Shown here: positions 52,341-60,633 of the stretch, piece after piece
Layout of the letters: every line of letters begins with the position of its first letter
Numbering within the stretch: the first letter of the stretch is position 1
Assembly (NCBI GenBank): GCA_035526585.1
Contig: DATLCC010000109.1
Span: forward strand, 1 to 63,290
DNA: 63,290 bases
Direction of reading: 5' to 3'
Source of the DNA: Thermoplasmatota archaeon
GTDB taxonomy: Archaea; Thermoplasmatota; SW-10-69-26; JACQPN01; JAJPHT01
Program-made: the position numbers and the translations under genes
Notes under the pieces: model-generated
What the model saw: the letters and a program-made list of their open reading frames with translations, nothing else
The model's database searches: none
Told to the model about the DNA's origin: nothing

Positions 52341-55300
52341 TCAAGCTAGGCCGGAGAGGGCCGCGAGCGCCTGGCCGCCGGTGGGGTCCACGTAGAAGAC
52401 CTTCACCGGGCTCTGCGCCGTGACGGCTCCGATGGGCGAGACCCACGCGCGGACCTCCCAGCGACCGATGGGGTAGACGCCGCCTGCGATCGCGTTCGCG
52501 ACGCACGGGCTCGCGCCGTCGAACTCCCACGCGAAGGTGCCATCGGGGTCGGTCGTCGTGAGATCGACGACGCACCATCCCAGGAGCGTGTTCGACTGCG
52601 CGTTCGAGGGCGCGGCGTTCCGCGTGTTCTCGAGAACGATGAGAGGCACGTAGCGCGCCTCGATCTCCACGCGGGAGCCCATCGCGACGAGCGTGCCGTC
52701 GGCGAACTGAGCCGTGCCGGTGCCGTGCGGCCTCTCCTGCATGTCGCGGTAGAGCGGGTCGCCGCCTGCCGTGTAGTTCTCGTTGGGGAAGAGGAGCGGC
52801 AGGAACGGCGCGCGCTCGCCGGGCGCGGGAATGACGGTCGCGCGGACCGGCATGCCGATCTCGATTGGCACGATGATCGACGGCACTCCGTCGTCGAGGT
52901 CCCTCGTGACGACGACGAGGTTGCTCGCGCCGGGGTAGTTCAGCGTGATGCGGAGGACGTCCGTGTCGATCCACAGCTCCGGAGCGATGGTCGCGATGAC
53001 ATCGAAGCCGTCGGGCACGAGGTCGGGGACGTCGATCTGGCCGTTGACCTTGAGGCTCAGCGAGACGCCGCCGATCGTGAGGTCCGCGGGCCGGTCGCCG
53101 GGGAGCGTCGCGTTGAGGCGCACGGAGATCGGGTGGTTCGCGCCGACGCGGATGCTCTGCGTCGTCTTCGGGCTGGGCTTGCCGCCGCTGTCGACGACGA
53201 GGCCCACCGGGTAGACGCCGCTGTGGCTGAACGTGTGCGTCGGGGCGACGCCGGTGCCTGGCGCGGCGTTGAACCGGTCGCCGAAGGTCCACGTGTAGTT
53301 CACGATGGGCTGGCCGTCGGGGTCGCTCGACGTGCTGCCGTTGAAGAAGAACGGAGTGTTGCGCACGGCGGGCTGGTTGTCGGTGTGGTACGTCCAGGCC
53401 GCCGTCGGGAGGCGATCCTGGACCGCGACGGTCTTCGTCGCGACGCCTGTCGTGTTGTGGTCGTCCCACACGGTGAGCGTCGTCGTGTACGCGCCCGGAC
53501 GGTCATACGTCTTCGTGGGGTGCATGACGGTCGAGGTGTTCCCCTCGCCAAAGTCCCAGAGCCAGGCCACGATCACGCCGTCGTCGTCGACGGAAAGGTC
53601 GCGGAACTGCTGCTCCTCGTTGAGCTTCACGGGGTCCACGGGCGCCTCGAAGCGCGCGATCGGACGGAGGTTCACGAAGACCTGCTTCGTGAGCGAGCTG
53701 GACTCGTTGAAGACGTCCCACACCTTGAGCGAGACGAAGAACGTGCCGTTCGAGGGGAAGACGAAGGATGGGTTGGGGTCCGCCGAGCTCGCCGCAGGGA
53801 TGGTGCCGAAGTCCCACTGCCAGCGGTCGATGGGCGCGCTGGGCGCGGGGATGCTGAGGTCGTGGAAGTGGACCGCCTCGCCTTTCACGGGGACGATCGG
53901 CTCGAAGGAGAAGTTCACCTTCGGCTGCGCGCGCAGCACGGTCACGCCGCGGATGACGGGCTGCGAGAGGCCGCCGTCCTGGTCGCGCGAGTGGAGCACG
54001 ACGGAGTAGTTGCCGGGGATCAGGAACGTCCGGTTCACGATCTGGCCCGTGAGCTGGACGCCGTCGCTGAACGACCACTCGAACGTGAGGGGCGCGGTGG
54101 GCACGTCGGGGTCGATGCCCTGCGCGGTGAAGACGACGTCGTCGCCGGCCACGGGCGGCCGCGGCGCGAACTCGAGCGACGCGGTCGGCGGGCGGTTGAG
54201 GATGCGGATGAAGCGCGTGACGCTCGCAGGCGTACCGCCGGAATCCGTGACCGTGAGGGTGACGCTCTTCGTGCCCACTCCCGTGTAGACGTGGTGGATG
54301 ACCTTCCCGAACTTCACGTCGCCATCGCCCAGGTCCCACGTCCAGTTCACGAGCGCGTCCCCGTCGGGGTCGATGCTCGAGTCGCTGAACGTGACCTCCG
54401 CACCGCGGAAGGCGGGCGTGGGGTTCGCGCCGAAGTTGGCGCGGGGCGCGCTGTTCGCGACCGTGACGCTCTTCGTGATGTTCGACTGGCCGAGGTTGTT
54501 GTCCGTCGTCGTGAGCTTGACGTTGAAGGTGCCGGCGCGCGGGAACGTGTGCGACACGACGCCGCCGCGGGACGACGCCGTTCCGTCGCCGAACTCCCAA
54601 AGGCTCGAGAGGATGAGGCCGTCGACGTCGACGGACGTGCTCGCGAAGGTGACGGGGACGTTCGCGGGCTCGCCGTTGGGCGTCCACGTGAAGTCCGCGA
54701 AGGGCTCGCGGTTGGAGACCATGATGTTCGTCGAGACGGTGTCCGTGTCGCCGCCGTCGTCCGTGACGGAGAGGCTCACCGTGAAGACGCCGGGACGCGC
54801 GTAGGCGTGGATGGGCGCGGAGCCGGAGCCGAAGGAGCCGTCGCCGAAGCTCCAGTTCCAGAGCGCGATGACGCCGTCCGTGTCGGTCGAGTTGTCGAGG
54901 AACTGGATCGCATCGAGCGTCTGCGGCGCGGTGCCGTTCACGGTGCTGAAGCTGAATCCCGCGAGCGGCGGCGAGTTGCGCACGATGACGACCTTCGAGA
55001 GCGCGGAGCGCGCGCCCAGCTCGTCGGTCGTGGTGAGGGTGACGGTCACGTTCTGGCCGCGCGTGAACCGGTGCGAGGGGTGGCGCGAGAAGGAGGACGA
55101 GCCGTCGCCGAAATCCCAGCTCCAGTTCGTGAGCGTGCCGTCGGGATCGAACGACTGGTCGGTGAAGGCGACCATCGTCTCGGTCGTCACGACCTTGGGC
55201 GAGAAGTCGAAGTCGGAGACGGGGTCGGCGTTGCGCACGACGATCGTCCGCGTGAGGTTCGACGTCTGCAGGTCGTTGTCGGTCGCCGACAGCGTGACCT

Positions 55301-56492
55301 CGTAGGAGCCAGGGCGCGCGAAGCGGTGCGTGGGCGTCTCGAGAGCCACGGAGCTCGAGCCGTCGCCGAAGTCCCACTGGCGGAAGACGACGATCCCGCC
55401 GTCGTCCTCGGAGAGGTCGGTGAACTGGACGGTGTCCGTCGTCTTGGGGCTCACCGGCTGGAAGTCGAAGTTGACAAGCGGCGCGCCGGGGCCGCCCAGC
55501 TGCGGGATGGCGAGCGCGGACCCCGTGGTGAAGGAGGCGGCGTAGCCGTCGAGTCGCACGCGCATCATGCCGCCCGAGACCTGGTAGATGAGGTACTCGC
55601 CGACGAAGTCCTCGATCACGACGCGCTCGCCGCCAGCGATCTCGGCGACCTCGCCATTGAACTCGAGGACGACGCTGCGCGAGACGGCGTCGGCGGGCTG
55701 GAACTCGATCTTCTTGATCGATCCGTCGCCCCACGTGTACTCCCGCACGAGCTTGTTGTCGATCTTGACCCACGTCGCGAGGAGGTTGCCCGGCTCGGAC
55801 TTCGCGTCGCTCGCCGTGACGGCTTCCTCCGTGAAGATGCGCGCGCCGCCGTCCTCGACGGCGACCGTGTCGACCTTTTCTCCGGTCGTGAGGACGACGT
55901 AGGCGACCTTGCTCTCGTCGCCAGGCTTCGTGTCGGCCTGCTTGACGCCGCCGAGGTCGAGATCGCCCGGTGTCGTGAGGACCTTGTTGCGGATGTCGCC
56001 CTCCTTGAGCACGGTCGTCTTGACCTGACCCTGGAGCTGCACGGACGCGAGCGCCGTGCCGACGCCGCGGTAGGAGAAGTCGCCGTGGAACATGCGCACG
56101 GTGATGATATCAGTCGGGTGGAGCTCGACGGTCCTGTCGCCGACGGCGAGCGCGACGCCGTCCACGTCCTTGACTCCGATCTTGAACTTGATCTCGTCGA
56201 CCTGTCCGGTACCCCACGCGTCCTCGGTGACGCGGCGGCCGTCGACCTCGACCCACAGCACGCTCACGCGCGCGAAGGCCTGGCCGTCGCCCGTGCGCAG
56301 CGTCGTGAGGGTCTGCTCCGCCGTGTCGGCGCCGAAGGCATGGGAGCCCGAACCGTCGTTCGAGGCGAAAAGGCCCGCAGGCGAGAGAGCGCCGACGACG
56401 CTCATCACCAACCCCAGGACGACGACAAGGATCTTCTGAAGCAACCCCGAACCCTCCGTTGAGCTAGCCTTCCCAGACCTAGCGTCCGCCAC
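52341..56492 (-). CDS. giant PKD-domain repeat surface protein
   Basis: 1383 aa with a GTG start, an N-terminal TM anchor and more than 10 PKD-like modules (W-x-FGDGS...H-x-[FY]...G-x-[FY]-x-V-x-L-x-V-x-D). Confidence 0.9.
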   Translation of the reverse strand: MADARSGKASSTEGSGLLQKILVVVLGLVMSVVGALSPAGLFASNDGSGSHAFGADTAEQTLTTLRTGDGQAFARVSVLWVEVDGRRVTEDAWGTGQVDEIKFKIGVKDVDGVALAVGDRTVELHPTDIITVRMFHGDFSYRGVGTALASVQLQGQVKTTVLKEGDIRNKVLTTPGDLDLGGVKQADTKPGDESKVAYVVLTTGEKVDTVAVEDGGARIFTEEAVTASDAKSEPGNLLATWVKIDNKLVREYTWGDGSIKKIEFQPADAVSRSVVLEFNGEVAEIAGGERVVIEDFVGEYLIYQVSGGMMRVRLDGYAASFTTGSALAIPQLGGPGAPLVNFDFQPVSPKTTDTVQFTDLSEDDGGIVVFRQWDFGDGSSSVALETPTHRFARPGSYEVTLSATDNDLQTSNLTRTIVVRNADPVSDFDFSPKVVTTETMVAFTDQSFDPDGTLTNWSWDFGDGSSSFSRHPSHRFTRGQNVTVTLTTTDELGARSALSKVVIVRNSPPLAGFSFSTVNGTAPQTLDAIQFLDNSTDTDGVIALWNWSFGDGSFGSGSAPIHAYARPGVFTVSLSVTDDGGDTDTVSTNIMVSNREPFADFTWTPNGEPANVPVTFASTSVDVDGLILSSLWEFGDGTASSRGGVVSHTFPRAGTFNVKLTTTDNNLGQSNITKSVTVANSAPRANFGANPTPAFRGAEVTFSDSSIDPDGDALVNWTWDLGDGDVKFGKVIHHVYTGVGTKSVTLTVTDSGGTPASVTRFIRILNRPPTASLEFAPRPPVAGDDVVFTAQGIDPDVPTAPLTFEWSFSDGVQLTGQIVNRTFLIPGNYSVVLHSRDQDGGLSQPVIRGVTVLRAQPKVNFSFEPIVPVKGEAVHFHDLSIPAPSAPIDRWQWDFGTIPAASSADPNPSFVFPSNGTFFVSLKVWDVFNESSSLTKQVFVNLRPIARFEAPVDPVKLNEEQQFRDLSVDDDGVIVAWLWDFGEGNTSTVMHPTKTYDRPGAYTTTLTVWDDHNTTGVATKTVAVQDRLPTAAWTYHTDNQPAVRNTPFFFNGSTSSDPDGQPIVNYTWTFGDRFNAAPGTGVAPTHTFSHSGVYPVGLVVDSGGKPSPKTTQSIRVGANHPISVRLNATLPGDRPADLTIGGVSLSLKVNGQIDVPDLVPDGFDVIATIAPELWIDTDVLRITLNYPGASNLVVVTRDLDDGVPSIIVPIEIGMPVRATVIPAPGERAPFLPLLFPNENYTAGGDPLYRDMQERPHGTGTAQFADGTLVAMGSRVEIEARYVPLIVLENTRNAAPSNAQSNTLLGWCVVDLTTTDPDGTFAWEFDGASPCVANAIAGGVYPIGRWEVRAWVSPIGAVTAQSPVKVFYVDPTGGQALAALSGLA

Positions 56493-56574
56493 TCCGTCGG
56501 AGAATGTATCATGTGTCGCTTGTCACCGGCCGGAGCGACGTCGTTCCCGAGACCGGCTCGGCCGCAACACCAAG

Positions 56575-56584
56575 CCTATATAGG
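56575..56584 (+). promoter_or_regulatory. palindromic TATA box CCTATATAGG
   Basis: This is the only TATATA in the local GC-rich context, 24 nt upstream of GTG 56606. It lies inside the N-terminal extension of the track ORF. Confidence 0.5.
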
Positions 56585-56605
56585 CACTCCTCGGGATTCG
56601 CGCGC

Positions 56606-58387
56606 GTGGGCGACCGCGGCGACAGCGTCCAGGAGAGCCTGGAGCAGTCCGCGAGGATCAGCCGGACCGTCTTCAACGCCCCCCCGACGCTCCTCACCTA
56701 CGCCTACGTCGTCCTCGCGTCGGCCGTCTTCGGCCTCTTCCTGAGCCCCGACCCCCAGGGCGCCCTCGCCGGCTTCCTCGCCCTGGGCGTCCCCGCGCTC
56801 CTCGCCGGCCCCCTGTCCGCCCCGATCGCCAACGCCCTGGGCGGGACCCTCTACTACAAGCGCGCCGCCTTCATCGCCGCCGTCGGGCTCACGATCGTGG
56901 GCGCGACGCTCGTCGTGAGCGTGCCGTTCCGGCTCCTCTGGAGCGTCCCCTTGGCGCACGTGCTCCTCGTGGGCTACATGATGGCGACGAGCTTCCGCCA
57001 CACCGCGTTCTTCATCACGAGCGACAACCGGCACCTGCGGAGCCTCCCCGTGAGCCTCCTCCAGGCGCTCGCGGCGCTCCCCTTCCTGGGAGCGCTTGGC
57101 CACATCACGCCGCGCGAGCTGTGGATCGCCTTCGCGCTCGCCGTCATCTTCCTCGCGCCCCTGATCTTCTTCCTGGAGATCTTCGACACGCCCTTGAAGA
57201 AGAGCTTCCACGTCTCCGCAAGCGAGCTCTTCCGCTACTACCTCGACCACATCACGAGCGGCCGGATGGACGGCGAGCACATCCTGAACCGCTTCGCCGA
57301 GCCGATCCGGGCCAAGTTCGGCGTCATCGGGTTCCGCCGCCCCTCCGGGGGTCTGAAGGCCGCGATCGTCGTGCCCGCGGTCCACCCGGGGCCCATCGGG
57401 CGCCTGGGCGGCTCGGACCTCCCGGCGAAGGTCGCCGAGTCGATCGAGGACGCCGACATGGTCCTCGTGCCGCATTCCAGCGCGACGCACGACTACAACC
57501 CCGTCTCCACGAGCGAGGTCGAGCGGCTCGGTCGCGCCGCAGCCGACCTCCTGAAGAAGGTCGAGTACGCGCCCCATGGCTCGAAGGCCGTGACGGTCGG
57601 AGACGACATCAGGGTCACGAGCCAGGTCTTCGGCGACACGGCGCTCCTCACGTACACGAGCTGGCCGCTCCCCATCGACGACGTCGAGTACGGCGTCGGG
57701 AACGCGGCCGAGCTCACGGCGCAGCTCCACGGCGTGAAGCACGCGTGCTTCGTCGACTGCCACAACTCCCTTCTCCCGGGCGCCGGCGCCGTGCACCTCT
57801 GCACGCCGCGCGCGGACGCCATCATCGACGCGAGCGGCAAGGCCGCCTCCGCATGCAGGCCCACGGCGCCCATGCGCGTGGGCGTGGCGCAGGACAAGAC
57901 GACGTTCAGCCGCGAGAAGGGCATCGGCGCGCAGGGCGTGCAGGTCGTCGCCGTCGAGTGCGAAGGACAGCGCTTCGCCTACATCCTGTGGGATGGCAAC
58001 AACGCCGTGCCCGAGGTGACGCGCGCGATCGGCGAGCAGGTGAAGGGCCTCGTCGACGGTTTCCAGGTGATGACGACCGACAACCACAGCGTCAACGCCA
58101 TCGCCGGGAGCTACGGCCCGGTGGGCCACCTCGCGCCGCCAAGCGAGATCGCGAAGGCGACGCGCCTCGCCCTCGAGCAGGCCCTCTCCGACCTCGAGCC
58201 CGTGCACGCCGGCGGCGCGAAGGGTGTCGTCGAGGACTTCCGCGTCTTTGGCAACCAGAAGACGGTGCAGCTCACCGCTTCGATCAACACGATGGCGAGC
58301 ATCCTCGTGCAGCTCACGCTCGCGACCGTCACCATGCAGGCGATGGGGACGGCGCTGCTGTTCTTGGTGCTGCGGGCCGTGGCTTGA
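56606..58387 (+). CDS. DUF2070-like archaeal membrane protein
   Basis: About 593 aa from GTG 56606 with a multi-TM N-half and a soluble C-half. The family call is based on layout only. Confidence 0.65.
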   Translation: MGDRGDSVQESLEQSARISRTVFNAPPTLLTYAYVVLASAVFGLFLSPDPQGALAGFLALGVPALLAGPLSAPIANALGGTLYYKRAAFIAAVGLTIVGATLVVSVPFRLLWSVPLAHVLLVGYMMATSFRHTAFFITSDNRHLRSLPVSLLQALAALPFLGALGHITPRELWIAFALAVIFLAPLIFFLEIFDTPLKKSFHVSASELFRYYLDHITSGRMDGEHILNRFAEPIRAKFGVIGFRRPSGGLKAAIVVPAVHPGPIGRLGGSDLPAKVAESIEDADMVLVPHSSATHDYNPVSTSEVERLGRAAADLLKKVEYAPHGSKAVTVGDDIRVTSQVFGDTALLTYTSWPLPIDDVEYGVGNAAELTAQLHGVKHACFVDCHNSLLPGAGAVHLCTPRADAIIDASGKAASACRPTAPMRVGVAQDKTTFSREKGIGAQGVQVVAVECEGQRFAYILWDGNNAVPEVTRAIGEQVKGLVDGFQVMTTDNHSVNAIAGSYGPVGHLAPPSEIAKATRLALEQALSDLEPVHAGGAKGVVEDFRVFGNQKTVQLTASINTMASILVQLTLATVTMQAMGTALLFLVLRAVA

Positions 58388-58564
58388 GGCGTGCCGTAGC
58401 GAGACGTGACCGAACGGTCCCATGTCGACCACGAGGAGCGCGCTTGCACCTGCGCCGGGATCCTAGCACGCGCGCGGGACATGTCCCGCCATAAGCTCAC
58501 ATCGTGGACGAGGATAAGGGAGCGCCCGGAGTCCGTCCGGGAGGCTCATTTCGGAGTGTTCAGC

Positions 58565-59359
58565 ATGTTCAACACCAAGATCGTCTTCGCCATGCTCGTC
58601 ACGGGCGCCATGATGCTCCCCGTCAGCGGCGCGCTCAAGGTCGACACGGAGGCCGTCGTCCCCGACTTCGCGCTCGAGTACCTCCTTCCGGCCGACTTCG
58701 GCTGCGAGAGCGGCTCGCACACGTACACCTTCCCGGACCCCACGCACCCCGGCGTCATGGCGTCCGTGGACATCCTGTGCCCCAACCCGAATGAGGTGTC
58801 GCTCGACGCCCTGACGGACTGCCCCGGCACCTCCTGGTCCCACTGGCAGGGCCCCGCCGCGCAGGCCTGGACCTACACGTACGACACGACGAACCCCTTC
58901 GGCTTCTCGCAGGCGAACGTCGCGAGCGCCTGGGACGGCGCGAACGCCGCGTGGGACGCGCAGGTCGCAAAGCAGCTCTTCGCCGGCCACGTCTTTGGCG
59001 GCACGAGCGCGGACTCGGGCGTCTACGACAGCTACATCCTCGCCGAGTTCCGCTCCATGGGCGGCCAGCTGCGCAACGCGGTCGGCGTCCAGTGGGCCTG
59101 GGCCTCCGGCGGCAAGATCGTCCACACGGACGCGGCGTACAACACGAACTACCCGTTCGCGCTGGGCGCGGTCGCCAACAAGTACGACCTCCAGTCCATC
59201 GCGGCCCACGAGATGGGCCACGGCTACGGCATGGGCCACTCCGACACCTCGACGGCGTCGCAGTGCCTGACCGTCTACCCGTACGCCACGCTCGGCTCGG
59301 CCCACGGCCGCACGCTGGGCGACGGCGACATCCTTGGGATCCAGGCCCGCGGCTACTGA
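58565..59359 (+). CDS. secreted metzincin-type zinc metalloprotease
   Basis: 264 aa from ATG 58565 with a signal peptide and HEMGHGYGMGH (HExxHxxGxxH). Confidence 0.8.
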   Translation: MFNTKIVFAMLVTGAMMLPVSGALKVDTEAVVPDFALEYLLPADFGCESGSHTYTFPDPTHPGVMASVDILCPNPNEVSLDALTDCPGTSWSHWQGPAAQAWTYTYDTTNPFGFSQANVASAWDGANAAWDAQVAKQLFAGHVFGGTSADSGVYDSYILAEFRSMGGQLRNAVGVQWAWASGGKIVHTDAAYNTNYPFALGAVANKYDLQSIAAHEMGHGYGMGHSDTSTASQCLTVYPYATLGSAHGRTLGDGDILGIQARGY

Positions 59360-59451
59360 GGCCCACAGGCCGAAGGAGCCGAGGCCTGAATACCAAGGAC
59401 GCGGCGCGCCTCACAAGACGCGACGCAGGTCCTTGGGATCCAGGCCCGCGG
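59331..59451 (+). repeat. 22-bp perfect direct repeat spanning the protease 3' end
   Basis: TCCTTGGGATCCAGGCCCGCGG occurs at 59331-59352 (last codons of the protease gene) and again at 59430-59451. Confidence 0.85.
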
Positions 59452-59484
59452 ATCCTAAAGCTGCAGGCGAAGATCACGCCATCC

Positions 59485-59520
59485 GGGGCCGCTCGCGGCC
59501 CCCTTTTTTCTTCTTTCTCT
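59485..59520 (+). terminator. GC hairpin plus T-rich tract
   Basis: GGGGCCGC-tc-GCGGCCCC (59485-59502), followed by TTTTTT (59504-59509) and CTTCTTTCTCT. Confidence 0.5.
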
Positions 59521-59565
59521 GAGTGAGCGCCAGCGCTGTGCCGATAGCGACCGCGCGCTCCCACC

Positions 59566-59658
59566 CGGGTCCCGCCTGGCCGGCACCCGGGACGCATTCA
59601 GGTGGATCCCCCGAGATGTTCTGTCTGAGGGACCCGGGTGCGTTCCAGGCGGGACCCG
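59566..59658. repeat. nested perfect inverted repeats (14 bp + 9 bp), long hairpin-forming element
   Basis: CGGGTCCCGCCTGG (59566-59579) pairs with CCAGGCGGGACCCG (59645-59658). GCACCCGGG (59583-59591) pairs with CCCGGGTGC (59633-59641). There is a 3x3 internal loop and a 41-nt apical region. Confidence 0.8.
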
Positions 59659-59750
59659 CCTGGGCCCACACATGCAGCTGCCCTGCGTTGCGGTCGCGAC
59701 GGCTGCGAATCTCCGCGTTCGCGCTGGGGCTGCGCGTTTCCGCGACCGTC

Positions 59751-60551
59751 TCACTTCCTGCGGACCAGCGCGAGTCCCGCCGCGATCGCCACGAGGGCGA
59801 GAAGGCCCGGCGCCGGCGTCTTGGCCGGGCTCGCGGTGACGAGGGGGCCCTTGATCTCGAACGGGATCTCCGGCAGGCTTGCGTGCCCGATGCCGTGCTG
59901 GTCGCTCGCGACCGTGAGGACGTAGGATCCCGGCGAGGGGAAGACGCGCGAGAAGACGACGCTTCCCATGCGGCCCGGGGGCAGCGTGACGTCCTCCGTG
60001 TCGACGGGGGTCCCGTTCACGAGGCGCGAAAGCCGCCCGCTCGCCGGTTCCTTCGCGGCGACGACGATCCCGGTCTCATCGTCGAGGAAGAACAGCTCCG
60101 CGTTCACGGGTCTCTCCGCATAGTGGTAGTTCGTGCGCAGGTTGCTCGACTCCAGCCACACCGAGGTCGGCGGGTAGACATGGATCGGGATGCGCCGCAA
60201 TACGCCCTCGGTGTGGACGAGGAATGTCCACTCGCCGGGCGCGGGGAACGCGGCCTCGACCCGGAATCCACCCTCGCGATGCGTGACGGTCGCGTTCATC
60301 TGGCCCGCTCCCGTGGCCTCGATCTCCACGCTCGCATTCGGGAGCACCTCCGGCTTCCCTGAGGCGTTGGACACGACCGTCCCGTTGAACGTGACCGGAT
60401 CCTGCGCCTTGACCACGACCCGGTCAGCCTGGAGGAACACCGCGAGACCATCGGCTTGCGCGGAGAAGACGCCGGTGAAGTCCCCGATGTGGGCCAGCGC
60501 GGAAGGCGCCACGAGGATCGCCGCGAGAAGGGTCAGGACCAGCGCGCGCAT
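59751..60551 (-). CDS. secreted protein with PGF-CTERM-like sorting signal
   Basis: 266 aa with a signal peptide. C-terminal TPAPGLLALVAIAAGLALVRRK. Confidence 0.7.
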   Translation of the reverse strand: MRALVLTLLAAILVAPSALAHIGDFTGVFSAQADGLAVFLQADRVVVKAQDPVTFNGTVVSNASGKPEVLPNASVEIEATGAGQMNATVTHREGGFRVEAAFPAPGEWTFLVHTEGVLRRIPIHVYPPTSVWLESSNLRTNYHYAERPVNAELFFLDDETGIVVAAKEPASGRLSRLVNGTPVDTEDVTLPPGRMGSVVFSRVFPSPGSYVLTVASDQHGIGHASLPEIPFEIKGPLVTASPAKTPAPGLLALVAIAAGLALVRRK

Positions 60552-60633
60552 GCGAGGGCAATCCTGGGACCGGTCTTCAACCTGCCCCGCGACCGAAGGC
60601 GCTCATGCTCGCCGGCGCGCGCCCACACATGAG

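Noticed and set aside
52725-56462. A 1245-aa plus-strand ORF antisense to the giant PKD gene. Similar long ORFs occur at 53503..55773 and 52036..53469.
   Set aside because: These are low-complexity Arg/Asp/Glu/Val-rich translations with no domains. The minus-strand frame shows regular PKD modules and a signal anchor.
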